A stretch of DNA of 39,619 nucleotides from Promethearchaeota archaeon (GCA_048941285.1 JBHLNS010000033.1:1-39619); one strand, 5' to 3'; counted from the first letter of the stretch, positions 28,335-37,695 are shown. Made by a program: numbers and translations. The notes: generated from the letters alone by a model not told the origin.

Positions 28335-29387
28335 TTAACAAATTCGAGGTATTGGTTCTCCTAAGGGCATATCCACAAACCTAGTCCCACCAACAATAGT
28401 CTTTAGAAGGACTTGTTTTGGATTTTCAGCTCTTACTTCACCAATGATTTCTGCCTCTTTTCCGATCTGTGTAGATTTTATTTTATTTAATATAATTTCA
28501 GAGTGATTAGGATCTACTGATAAGAGAGCTCTACCCTCACTAGCAATGTTGTAAGGATCTAATCCCAGCATATCACATATAGCAACAACTTGTTTTTTGA
28601 TGGGAACTTTTTCTTCTTCAATCCAAATACTTACGTTCGACTTTCTTGCCCAATCATTTAAAGCCGCTGAAATTCCTCCACGTGTTGGATCTTTCATCGC
28701 ATGGACGTAATTACTTTTTATTTCTGATTTAATTTTTTCATAAACCTCAAGTAAAAGTGAGATATCTGATTTTAAATCTGTTGAAATATTTAAACCTTCT
28801 CGAGAAGCCATTAAAGCAGTTCCATGATCCCCAATACTACCAGTCAATATAATCTTATCTCCAATCTTTAATCCATTATCTAAAATCTTAATTGATTTAT
28901 CTTTTATACCAATACCCGTTGTAGAGATTATTAATTCATTTAAAGTACCACGTGGCATGACTTTAGTGTCTCCAGCAATAATAGCGACTTTCGCTTCCTT
29001 TGCTTTTAAATTCATAGAATTCGTTATTTTTTCTAGTTTAGCAAATTCAAATCCTTCTTCAATGATTATCATAGACGTTAAAGCTAATGGTTCGGCGCCC
29101 ATCATTATAAGATCATTTATAGTTCCACAAATACTTAGAGTTCCAAGGTCTCCTCCAGGGAAGAAAAGAGGAAAAACTGTATGTCCATCTGCTGTAATTA
29201 CAAATTCTTTTTCGTAGTCCTTAATAGGGATTGTCGCTCCATCATCTAATTCTTCAAGACCTATCCCGTTATTTACATTCTTAAAAGGAATATCTTTAGT
29301 GATAAATTTTATTAATTCTTCTTGTAAAACTCCACCAGCTCCATGAGCTAAACGGATAACCTGTGAGCTCTCTTTTTTTTCACTCAT
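28335..29387 (-). CDS. hypE: Hydrogenase maturation protein HypE
   Basis: LAHGAGG, PLFFPGGDLG, GDTKV, MKDPTRGG and the C-terminal PRIC with terminal Cys. Confidence 0.97.
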   Translation of the reverse strand: MSEKKESSQVIRLAHGAGGVLQEELIKFITKDIPFKNVNNGIGLEELDDGATIPIKDYEKEFVITADGHTVFPLFFPGGDLGTLSICGTINDLIMMGAEPLALTSMIIIEEGFEFAKLEKITNSMNLKAKEAKVAIIAGDTKVMPRGTLNELIISTTGIGIKDKSIKILDNGLKIGDKIILTGSIGDHGTALMASREGLNISTDLKSDISLLLEVYEKIKSEIKSNYVHAMKDPTRGGISAALNDWARKSNVSIWIEEEKVPIKKQVVAICDMLGLDPYNIASEGRALLSVDPNHSEIILNKIKSTQIGKEAEIIGEVRAENPKQVLLKTIVGGTRFVDMPLGEPIPRIC

Positions 29388-29464
29388 ATTAGATAAAAAG
29401 AATAATTAATTAAAAGAGTTTATGTTGTACCTATTTTTGTATCAAAGAGATACTTTTTTTATTC

Positions 29465-30673
29465 TTAAAATAAATATATTTTTGAACGCAAATTAGTTTT
29501 TTTGTTTATCACTAAAAGTATAATAGCTGCTGATAAAGGGAAAATTATCCCCATAGTTAACATCGCTAAAATTCCCAGAGAATTAAAAATTAATCCAGAT
29601 ATCGGAGCACCTCCTGCTATTCCCGCTACAACTAAGGCATAAAATGTACCTGTTGCAATTCCACGATTATTTTCCTTTGTATTATTTCTTACGAGTCCTG
29701 CTGATGTCGGAAATATCATACCATGACCAATACCAAAAATTATCATTCCCAAAATTGGTATTGGAAAGGATATAGAAATTGTCAATATTAGAAAACTAAG
29801 TGAAACGACTATTAAACCTATGTTCATTATATTTGTTTTTCCTTTCTTATCACTTAATATACCGGCAGGATATTGAATTAAGATTGATAATATCACTAAA
29901 ATTCCAAAAATCATCCCGATTTGAGCATCATTGTAACTAGCATCCTTTAATAAAACAGAATATGTTGCTGTGATAATCCCTAAATTAAAATTTAAAGCTA
30001 GTATGCCTAAAAATGGCGTAATCATCTTCCGCGAAACAATGACTTCTCTAAAAACTAAAAATTCTTTCTTAAAACTTAATTTCTCTTTAACAGGATGGTA
30101 TATAGTTGGTAAAATAAAAGATACCCCTGCCATAAAAAATATTGCTATTGAGACAATAAGAAATAAATTTTTATATCCAATTATTTGTGAGCCAACTCCT
30201 CCTAACATAAATCCAAATAGAAGAGCAAAACCAAAAGAAATCCCATAGAAAGCCATAGTTCTTCCACTCTTTTCTTTTGGAGTTGTGTCAGATAGATATG
30301 CCATTGTTCCCGGACCACCAAAACCTCCTCCTATCCCATGAATAATTCTTGCAAGAAGTAAAAAATATGGATTTTGTGCTATTGAATATAACAAAATTGA
30401 AAGACCATCTAAGATCACTCCCACTGAGATTAAAAATTTTCTCCCTATTTTATCAACTAATCTACCTGATATTATATTAGAGGGAATATGAACTATTGAG
30501 TATGCTCCAACAATAAATGATGCAAGGATTATGGATGCTCCTAAACTAATAGCATAATTCGAAATAATTGGAATTACAACAGTGCTATCAAAATTTACAA
30601 TAAATGTTAAAAAAAGTACTAAAAAATAATGTTTCTTTCTGAATAATGACGATTTTTGATTATTGCGTTCCAT
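29465..30673 (-). CDS. MFS transporter (DHA1-like)
   Basis: About 12 TM helices; motif A GRLVDKIGRK and GILSDKKGK; ARIIHGIG; RGIATG. Confidence 0.93.
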   Translation of the reverse strand: MERNNQKSSLFRKKHYFLVLFLTFIVNFDSTVVIPIISNYAISLGASIILASFIVGAYSIVHIPSNIISGRLVDKIGRKFLISVGVILDGLSILLYSIAQNPYFLLLARIIHGIGGGFGGPGTMAYLSDTTPKEKSGRTMAFYGISFGFALLFGFMLGGVGSQIIGYKNLFLIVSIAIFFMAGVSFILPTIYHPVKEKLSFKKEFLVFREVIVSRKMITPFLGILALNFNLGIITATYSVLLKDASYNDAQIGMIFGILVILSILIQYPAGILSDKKGKTNIMNIGLIVVSLSFLILTISISFPIPILGMIIFGIGHGMIFPTSAGLVRNNTKENNRGIATGTFYALVVAGIAGGAPISGLIFNSLGILAMLTMGIIFPLSAAIILLVINKKTNLRSKIYLF

Positions 30674-30870
30674 ATTATTTCTATTATATAATATATGTGG
30701 GTTATCAAATTATCTTTATTTTAAATTTAACTTTTTTAATTGAATAAATTATATTTATGAATTAAAAGTGTCAAACTAAAATAGAATCAATTTTTTAGAT
30801 ATATTGGAATTTTTAGATTCCAGTAAATTATTATTTAATAATAATTGTAATTATATTTTTCGATGTCATA

Positions 30871-31203
30871 ATGAATTCGTCCATAAATCGCTTAGTTAAA
30901 GAAAAAAAAACAATAAAAACGATGATTCAGATGTATTGCAAAAATAATCATGATCCTAACGGAGAATTTTGCGAAAATTGTTCAGTACTCTATAATTACG
31001 CTATTACAAAGCTAAATTATTGTCAATTTGGTGAGAATAAACCCACATGTGAAAAATGTCCAATCCATTGTTATAAATCAGATATGAGAGAAAGAATTCG
31101 AGAAGTTATGCGATATTCAGGTCCTCGAATGATATATACACATCCAATTATGGGATTTCGACATCTTTTTAAAAAATTAAAAAAATTTAGTAATTTTAAT
31201 TAA
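30871..31203 (+). CDS. YgbA-like (nitrous oxide-stimulated promoter family) Cys-rich protein
   Basis: EKKTIKTMIQMYC, CENC, CQFGENKPTCEKCPIHCY, MRYSGPRM...HP pattern. Confidence 0.88.
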   Translation: MNSSINRLVKEKKTIKTMIQMYCKNNHDPNGEFCENCSVLYNYAITKLNYCQFGENKPTCEKCPIHCYKSDMRERIREVMRYSGPRMIYTHPIMGFRHLFKKLKKFSNFN

Positions 31204-31228
31204 TAGAATTCTATATTATTGTTTATAA

Positions 31229-32629
31229 TTACGCACCATTCGTATTATCAAGGTATTTATGTTTTAAGATGCTATCCGCCAGTGTAAATCTATTAAATAG
31301 GCCAGCTGGATCTTTAATAAAATTTGCAATTTCATCAGGTTTAAGATCCTTGCATAAAGATCCTAAGGTACTTATAAATTTTACACCTTGATCTTTTATT
31401 CCAACGGGAGGACCATAACAACCTAAGCAAGGGGCATTTGCTTTGTTTGGACAAATAGTCCCACAACCAGCATGAGTTACTAAACCTAAACAAATGTAGC
31501 CTTGTTCTAAGAAACATTTGTCAGTCTTAGATAATCCCTCGTAATCCCTCTTCAATTCTGTAGGAACCTTATCAACTATAAGTCGATCACAATGACTACA
31601 AACAGTTTTAGAGCTAAATTTGAAATTAGGGTCATTTTTTAAAAGAAATAATATTACACCGATAATGTCATCATTAACAGCAACTCCAGTAGGATTAACG
31701 TTCAATAATGATATTAAACCATCTTCAGTTGTTTTTTCTTTTTGTATATAGCTTTCAGGTTCATATGCCAATCGCTGCAACAAGTCATTACGAAAATAAA
31801 AGCTTGTTATATTAGAAACTCCTAAATAAGATGTCAAAAAATGTAGTAAATCCCTTCTTAATTCGTCATTTAAATCATCTATATAATATAATTTTTTTTT
31901 TAAAACTTCGATTTTTTCACTAGGATTAATTGTATATTCATAACATCCATAACATATGTCAGAATTATGTGGACACATTAACTTGCATCCTGAGGCAGTT
32001 ATAGGCCCAAAACATAGTCTACCTTGATCTAAGAAGCAACCATTAAAATATAAAACACAATCGTCGCAAACTGATTTCATTCTGTCACGAGATTTTGGCC
32101 CACTAGTTAATTGAGTTATTAAATAAAATAACATGGCTGTGATATTTTCTGTTTTTGGAGGACAACCCGGAATGAATAAATCTACATGTATTAAATCTTT
32201 GACATTATATATGAAATCCTCAAATTTTGGCAAATTAAGTGTTGGTTCCTCTGAATTTGGTTCAACAATAGATTCTATTTCTATGAATTTTCTTTTCACC
32301 AATTCATCCTTCTCATATAAATTAGCTAAACCTGCTATACTTCCATAACAAGCACACGCTCCAAATGCAACAATAACATCACATTTTTGCCTCATAAGCT
32401 TAACTTTAATTTTATCTTCTTCTGTCCTCACAACCCCCTCAATAAAACCAATTTTTATTTTTCCTTTATCTCTTTCTATTAATGAATTGTTTTTAATGTC
32501 AAATATTGTGGGCCAATAGATAATTTGTAATTTTGAAAGAACAGGAAGCATTTCAAAATGTGCATTTAATAAACTTTGATGGCAACCCCAACAAGAACTA
32601 AGTTGCATAAAAACAACTGGTAGTGTCAT
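31229..32629 (-). CDS. mvhG: MvhG-like (group 3c hydrogenase small subunit) with duplicated C-terminal Fe-S module
   Basis: SSCWGC, FIEG, GACACYG, PGCPP proximal ligands. Two 8-Cys modules (31943-32068 and 31418-31600); C-terminal DQGVKFIS...DPAGLFNRFTL as in MvhG. Confidence 0.88.
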   Translation of the reverse strand: MTLPVVFMQLSSCWGCHQSLLNAHFEMLPVLSKLQIIYWPTIFDIKNNSLIERDKGKIKIGFIEGVVRTEEDKIKVKLMRQKCDVIVAFGACACYGSIAGLANLYEKDELVKRKFIEIESIVEPNSEEPTLNLPKFEDFIYNVKDLIHVDLFIPGCPPKTENITAMLFYLITQLTSGPKSRDRMKSVCDDCVLYFNGCFLDQGRLCFGPITASGCKLMCPHNSDICYGCYEYTINPSEKIEVLKKKLYYIDDLNDELRRDLLHFLTSYLGVSNITSFYFRNDLLQRLAYEPESYIQKEKTTEDGLISLLNVNPTGVAVNDDIIGVILFLLKNDPNFKFSSKTVCSHCDRLIVDKVPTELKRDYEGLSKTDKCFLEQGYICLGLVTHAGCGTICPNKANAPCLGCYGPPVGIKDQGVKFISTLGSLCKDLKPDEIANFIKDPAGLFNRFTLADSILKHKYLDNTNGA

Positions 32630-32879
32630 TTTTTTATACTTTTAAATTCTAATTAGTTTTTTTAAAAAAGTATGATTAGGTTATGATTCAAAGTTATTTA
32701 AAAATGCTGTTTATAATAATTAAAAAAAAGCTCGTTTAACTATTTAAGTCTACTTATACATATGAATGACATTTATTTATAAAGAAGTTTCAAATTTAAA
32801 ATTTGAATTAAAGATTGTTGAAAGTTGAAACTATAAGCAAGAAAGTAGTTTAGATTTTCTAAAACTATTAGATGTAAAG

Positions 32880-32895
32880 GGAAAACTTATATATT
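32880..32895 (+). promoter_or_regulatory. Candidate BRE/TATA promoter of hdrCBA-mvhD operon
   Basis: GGAAAACTTATATATT: purine-rich BRE followed by TTATATA, about 130 nt upstream of the hdrC ATG. Confidence 0.5.
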
Positions 32896-33020
32896 AGTTA
32901 AATGTTTATTTTCCTAAAGGTTAATAACATTTTAACTGTTTTAATCCTTTTTAGAGGAACAATAATTAAAACCTCAATTAAAACGGTATTTAAATAAAGC
33001 TTGAAGAAGGAAAGTAAAAA

Positions 33021-33653
33021 ATGCTAGATTATGAGCCAAATGTTATAACTAATTTTACAAATAAGTTAGTAGATTCTTTAAAAGAAGCAGGTTATTCAGA
33101 AGTTGATGCGTGTATTCAGTGTGGAACATGCTCCGGCGGATGTCCTTCAGGAAGAAGAACTGCTTTAAGAGTTAGAACAATTATAAGGAAAGTTCAATTA
33201 GGTATTGATGATGTACTTTCAGAAAATGATATTTGGTACTGCTCAACATGTTATACATGCCTTGAAAGATGTCCTCGTAAATTACCCATTACAGATATGA
33301 TAATCTATTTGAGGAATTTAGCCGTTCAGAAAGGTTTCATGCATGAAAACCATCTTGATTTATGTAAAAAATTGCTTTTTTCTGGACATGGAGTTCCAAT
33401 AGACAATAGAAAATGGAAAGATTTAAGAGAATATTATGGCCTAGATCGAATTCCTCCCACTGTCCACTCCCACAAAAAAGATTTAGATGAAGTGAAAAGA
33501 CTTCTTATAAGTTCAAAATTCAATGAATTGGTTGGTGTAGATTCAGATGAGCTAGAGATAGAGAGCATAATTAAAACTTCAAAAGCTGAAGAAACTATTG
33601 CCAATTATATAATTGAAGAAAAGAAGTTAAAAACTTCGGAGATTAAAGAATAA
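33021..33653 (+). CDS. hdrC: Heterodisulfide reductase subunit C (copy 2)
   Basis: CIQCGTCSGGCPSGRRT, WYCSTCYTCLERCPR, SGHGVP; GAAGGA SD-like element. Confidence 0.96.
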   Translation: MLDYEPNVITNFTNKLVDSLKEAGYSEVDACIQCGTCSGGCPSGRRTALRVRTIIRKVQLGIDDVLSENDIWYCSTCYTCLERCPRKLPITDMIIYLRNLAVQKGFMHENHLDLCKKLLFSGHGVPIDNRKWKDLREYYGLDRIPPTVHSHKKDLDEVKRLLISSKFNELVGVDSDELEIESIIKTSKAEETIANYIIEEKKLKTSEIKE

Positions 33654-33705
33654 AATAAAAATTTATTGATTAAAAAACAGAAAAAGTACAAATCTATTGC
33701 TAAAA

Positions 33706-34662
33706 ATGATACCAAAAAAAAAATATTCATTATTTCTTGGATGCGTAATTCCAAATAGATATCCCTTTATTGAATCAGCAACTAAAAAGGTATTTCAAAA
33801 ATTAGGTATAGAATTTGTTGAAATAGAAGGTGCTTCTTGTTGCCCCGCACCAGGGGTTTTTCGAGGATTTGATGTAGATTCATGGTTAATCATTGGAGCT
33901 AGAAATATAACGATTGCAGAACAAAATAATTTTGACATTGCCACAATGTGCAATGGATGTTATGGTAGTCTGCTTGAAGCCGATCATCAATTAAAATCTG
34001 ATTCTAAAAAGCGAGAAATGGTCAATTATCATCTTGCTAAGATTAATAGAGAATATAAAGGAAGTATTAAGGTAAAACATATAATAGAAGTACTGTATAA
34101 AGACATTGGATTAGAAAATATATACAATAAAGTAAAATATGGACGTAAAAAAAAGTTAGATCTTAAAGTTGCGGTACATTATGGATGCCATATCCTAAAA
34201 CCAGCGGAAATTAGACCTTGGGGGAATAATTCTGAGACACCAAGCTTTTTAGATGAATTGGTTGAAATTACTGGATGTAAAAGTATAGATTATCTCGATA
34301 AAACCATGTGTTGTGGTGCAGCTGGAGCCGTAAGAAGTGCCTTTAAAGAAATATCCTTAGATTTTACAAGAGAAAAACTTATAAATATGAGGGCAGCAGG
34401 TGCAGAAGCTATAATAACAGTATGTCCTTTTTGTCATCTCCAGTTCGATCTCGGTCAAATTGAAATAAATAACATTTTTAAAGATAGTATTAAAACTCCT
34501 TTTAATATTCCTGTAATATATTATACCCAATTATTAGGTCTTGCCCTTGGTATGAGCCCTAAAGAAGTTGGACTAGTTAAAAATAAACAATTATCTGGTG
34601 TACCACCATTTATCTCAGTAGAACCTTTTTTAACTAAAATAGGTGAGAAAATTGAAGGATAA
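33706..34662 (+). CDS. hdrB: Heterodisulfide reductase subunit B (copy 2)
   Basis: FLGC...SCCPAPG...CNGC and HYGCH...CCGAAG...CPFCHLQ. ATG 33706, or TTG 33697. Confidence 0.97.
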   Translation: MIPKKKYSLFLGCVIPNRYPFIESATKKVFQKLGIEFVEIEGASCCPAPGVFRGFDVDSWLIIGARNITIAEQNNFDIATMCNGCYGSLLEADHQLKSDSKKREMVNYHLAKINREYKGSIKVKHIIEVLYKDIGLENIYNKVKYGRKKKLDLKVAVHYGCHILKPAEIRPWGNNSETPSFLDELVEITGCKSIDYLDKTMCCGAAGAVRSAFKEISLDFTREKLINMRAAGAEAIITVCPFCHLQFDLGQIEINNIFKDSIKTPFNIPVIYYTQLLGLALGMSPKEVGLVKNKQLSGVPPFISVEPFLTKIGEKIEG

Positions 34663-36625
34663 AGCAAAAATTGGAGTATTCATTTGCCATTGTGGTAATA
34701 ATATAGCTGGAGTCATAGATGTTGAAAATTTAACTAAATATGCAAAAAATCTTCCAAATGTAGTTGAAGCGAACAATTATAAATTTATGTGTTCAGAAAT
34801 TGGACAGGAGTTAATAAAAGAAAAAATTAGAAATGGTGAGATTAATAGAGTAGTTGTTGCTGCTTGTTCACCTCGAATGCATGAACTTACATTTAGAAAA
34901 GTATGTGAAGAAGCTGGATTAAATCAATTTTTATATGAACAAGCAAATATTAGGGAGCATTGTACTTGGGTTAATCTAAAGGATATTCAAGGTGCTTTTG
35001 AAATTGCAAAATCTCACGTCAGAATGGCTGTTGCAAAAGCTAATAACTTGGAACCATTAGAAAAATTCAGTGTTGATGTCGAACCCGCTTGTTTAGTCGT
35101 AGGAGGAGGAATCGCGGGAATGAGCGCAGCACTAGATTTAGCGAATTGTGGTTATAAAGTTTATCTTGTTGAAAAGACATCTACAATTGGCGGTCATATG
35201 GCACAATTAGATAAAACATTTCCAACATTAGACTGTTCATCTTGTGTGATCACTCCTAAAATGTCTGAAGTTTTAAAAGCTGAAAATATAGAATTGATGA
35301 CTTATAGTGAAATTACTAATATTTCTGGTTATGTGGGAAATTTTAATGTTACTGTAAAAAAGAAACCACACTATATCGATCAAAAAAAATGCACAGGTTG
35401 TGGAACATGTGCCCAAGAATGCATAGTTATTGCTGCTAATGAATTTGATTTGGGGATGAAAAAAAGAAAAGCGGTATACATTCCTTTTCCTCAGGCTGTC
35501 CCTGGAAAGTATACAATTGATATGGATCATTGCATTAAGTGTGGAGTCTGTGCTGAAATATGTCCTGTTCAAGCTGTTAATTATGATGATGAACCAGAGT
35601 ATGTGGATTTTAAGGTAGGATCTATTATTTTATCAACAGGGTATGATCTTTATGATCCAACGGTTTTAGCTCAATATGGTTATGGTAGGTATCCAAATGT
35701 CATTACAGGCTTAGAAATGGAGCGATTAATGAGTTCCTTTGGCCCAACAGAAGGAAAAGTAAAAAGACCCTCAGATTTAAAAGAACCATTAACACTAGTT
35801 TTTCTTCAATGTGTAGGAAGTAGAGACTTTACAGAGAAAGGTAACAAATATTGTTCTCGAGTTTGTTGTATGTATTCAGCAAAACAAGCTCGACTTTTTA
35901 AAGAGAAACATCCTAATGCAAAAATTTTTATATTTTATATCGATATAAGAGCGTTTGGTAAAGGTTATGAGGAATTTTATGACTCAACTGGCAGAAAATT
36001 TAATATTAAATTTATCAGAGGAAGGATTGCAGAAGTTGTTGAAGATAAAAGTCATAACATTATTGTTAGGGGAGAAGATACTCTTTTACAGAGATTGATT
36101 GAAATTAAGGCAGATATGTTCGTTTTAGCAGTTGGACTAGAACCAAGGCATGATTCTAATGATATCACAAGGTTATTTAATGTGCAACGATCAGAAGATG
36201 GATTTTTAATGGAGGCCCATCCCAAACTTCGTCCAGTAGAAACATTAACTGATGGTATTTTCATTGCAGGAGCTGTTCAAGGTCCAAAAGACATCCCCGA
36301 TGCTATTGCTCAAGCAAAAGCAGCTGCACTTCAAGCAGCATTACTAATGGCTAAAGGAAAAGTAGAAATCGACCCAATTTTTTCAATAGTACTTGATCAT
36401 AAATGTGCTGGTTGTAAAAGCTGTTTGAGTATCTGTCCATTTAATGCAATAACATTTAATGAATTCAAAAAAACAGCAGAGATAAATAAAATTTTGTGTA
36501 AGGGATGTGGTACCTGTGTAGCGACATGTCCCTCTTCAGCAATCATTCAAAATCAATTTGGAGATGCTCAATTATTTCCAATGATCCATAATACTATTCA
36601 AAAATTTGATAAAATAGAGGGGTGA
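34643..36625 (+). CDS. hdrA: Heterodisulfide reductase subunit A (copy 2)
   Basis: GVFICHCGNNI, AACSP, GGGIAG, KTFPTLDCSSC, QCVGSR, CSRVCCMYSAK and ferredoxin domains. Start is GTG 34643 or, more likely, TTG 34652 after AGGTGA; overlaps the hdrB end. Confidence 0.97.
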   Translation: MRKLKDKAKIGVFICHCGNNIAGVIDVENLTKYAKNLPNVVEANNYKFMCSEIGQELIKEKIRNGEINRVVVAACSPRMHELTFRKVCEEAGLNQFLYEQANIREHCTWVNLKDIQGAFEIAKSHVRMAVAKANNLEPLEKFSVDVEPACLVVGGGIAGMSAALDLANCGYKVYLVEKTSTIGGHMAQLDKTFPTLDCSSCVITPKMSEVLKAENIELMTYSEITNISGYVGNFNVTVKKKPHYIDQKKCTGCGTCAQECIVIAANEFDLGMKKRKAVYIPFPQAVPGKYTIDMDHCIKCGVCAEICPVQAVNYDDEPEYVDFKVGSIILSTGYDLYDPTVLAQYGYGRYPNVITGLEMERLMSSFGPTEGKVKRPSDLKEPLTLVFLQCVGSRDFTEKGNKYCSRVCCMYSAKQARLFKEKHPNAKIFIFYIDIRAFGKGYEEFYDSTGRKFNIKFIRGRIAEVVEDKSHNIIVRGEDTLLQRLIEIKADMFVLAVGLEPRHDSNDITRLFNVQRSEDGFLMEAHPKLRPVETLTDGIFIAGAVQGPKDIPDAIAQAKAAALQAALLMAKGKVEIDPIFSIVLDHKCAGCKSCLSICPFNAITFNEFKKTAEINKILCKGCGTCVATCPSSAIIQNQFGDAQLFPMIHNTIQKFDKIEG

Positions 36626-37059
36626 CCTATATTTCTGCAGAGACTGAACAGTTCAATCCATCAATTTTAGGCATTTTTTGTAATTGGTGTTCATATGCAG
36701 GTGCTGATCAAGCAGGAACATCTCGTATACAACGAAATGCAAATTTAAGAATTATGAGAGTAATGTGCGGGGGAAGAATTGACCCTGAATTTATACTTAC
36801 TGCATTGAAAGATGGACTTGATGGGATTTTAATATCACATTGTCATCCAGGAGATTGTCATTATGTTGAAGGTAATTATAAAACTATCAGAAGATTGCCA
36901 TTACTCCACTCATATTTAAGACAATTTGGCATTCATCCAAAAAGAGTGAAATATGTCTTTATTTCCGCTTCTGAGGGTGCCAAATTAACTGAAATTGTAA
37001 ACGAATTTGTTTCAGAATTAAAAGATTTGGGACCAAGCCCATTAAATAATAACATATGA
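36622..37059 (+). CDS. mvhD: Methyl-viologen-reducing hydrogenase delta subunit ([2Fe-2S])
   Basis: FCNWCSYAGADQAG, RVMCGGR, CHPGDCHYVEGN, ISASEG, LGPSP. GTGA overlap with the hdrA stop. Confidence 0.96.
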   Translation: MTYISAETEQFNPSILGIFCNWCSYAGADQAGTSRIQRNANLRIMRVMCGGRIDPEFILTALKDGLDGILISHCHPGDCHYVEGNYKTIRRLPLLHSYLRQFGIHPKRVKYVFISASEGAKLTEIVNEFVSELKDLGPSPLNNNI

Positions 37060-37106
37060 ATTTTTGAACAAATAAAATAATTAAAAAAAATTAAAGAGTA
37101 ATAGAA

Positions 37107-37688
37107 ATGAAAAGTACAATGTTTGAACCATTACCTGATACCGATTTTTCCATTCATTTAATGAATGATTTGGAATTAGAGGCTTCAGGAAATGAAGTTG
37201 AGAATATATTAAGCCAAATTAGAGATTTACATGTTAATTTCGCTACTATAGATTTAGGTAATACTACGCTAAGAGAATTTGAAAATACGCCTTTAGCGAT
37301 GAGTTTAAAAAAATTGAATATTCCATATTTTACAATAGAATTACCCTATTATGTAAAAGACTATTTTACAAAGGAAATCAATGAAATAAGAGAGAAATAC
37401 TATGAATTAAAAGCTACATATGATATTTTAGAGTATAAGAATAATCCCACTGCTCAAGAGCTTAACAATTTACTTAAATATTATTCAAAAGAGATTAACG
37501 AGCTAAATAATTATATAAACATTGAAGTGCGAACTAAATTGATCTTTAAAAAGATTTTAAGCCTTATATCAGGAAAAAGTAATAAAAACCTAACATTTGT
37601 CCATTTTGGTGAAAGAAATTTCTTTATGGGAATATTCAATCTAATAGAAAGCATCAGAAATAAAAATCAATTTCTAAATCAAAAGTGA
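37107..37688 (+). CDS. Hypothetical protein (alpha/beta with central helical hairpin), co-oriented in hdr-mvhD operon
   Basis: 193-aa ORF, 47 nt after mvhD and 7 nt before the polyferredoxin; no Cys; no recognised motif. Confidence 0.8.
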   Translation: MKSTMFEPLPDTDFSIHLMNDLELEASGNEVENILSQIRDLHVNFATIDLGNTTLREFENTPLAMSLKKLNIPYFTIELPYYVKDYFTKEINEIREKYYELKATYDILEYKNNPTAQELNNLLKYYSKEINELNNYINIEVRTKLIFKKILSLISGKSNKNLTFVHFGERNFFMGIFNLIESIRNKNQFLNQK

Positions 37689-37695
37689 ATAAAAT

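Noticed and set aside
1899-36264. Short ORF-track entries antisense to or nested in long genes (e.g. 1899-2156, 2852-3091, 3813-4091, 4897-5286, 13578-13925, 14195-14710, 18270-18545, 21480-22070, 25564-25933, 28957-29217, 29970-30248, 32133-32348, 35273-35572, 36052-36264)
   Set aside because: Shadow frames overlapping well-supported genes, with no motifs or SD signals.
36623-37688. Three consecutive TGA stops (hdrA2, mvhD, 37107 ORF) as possible Sec readthrough
   Set aside because: HdrA and MvhD are already full length, the TGAs are not at Cys-motif positions, hdrA readthrough hits TAG after 14 codons, and no SECIS-like element was seen.
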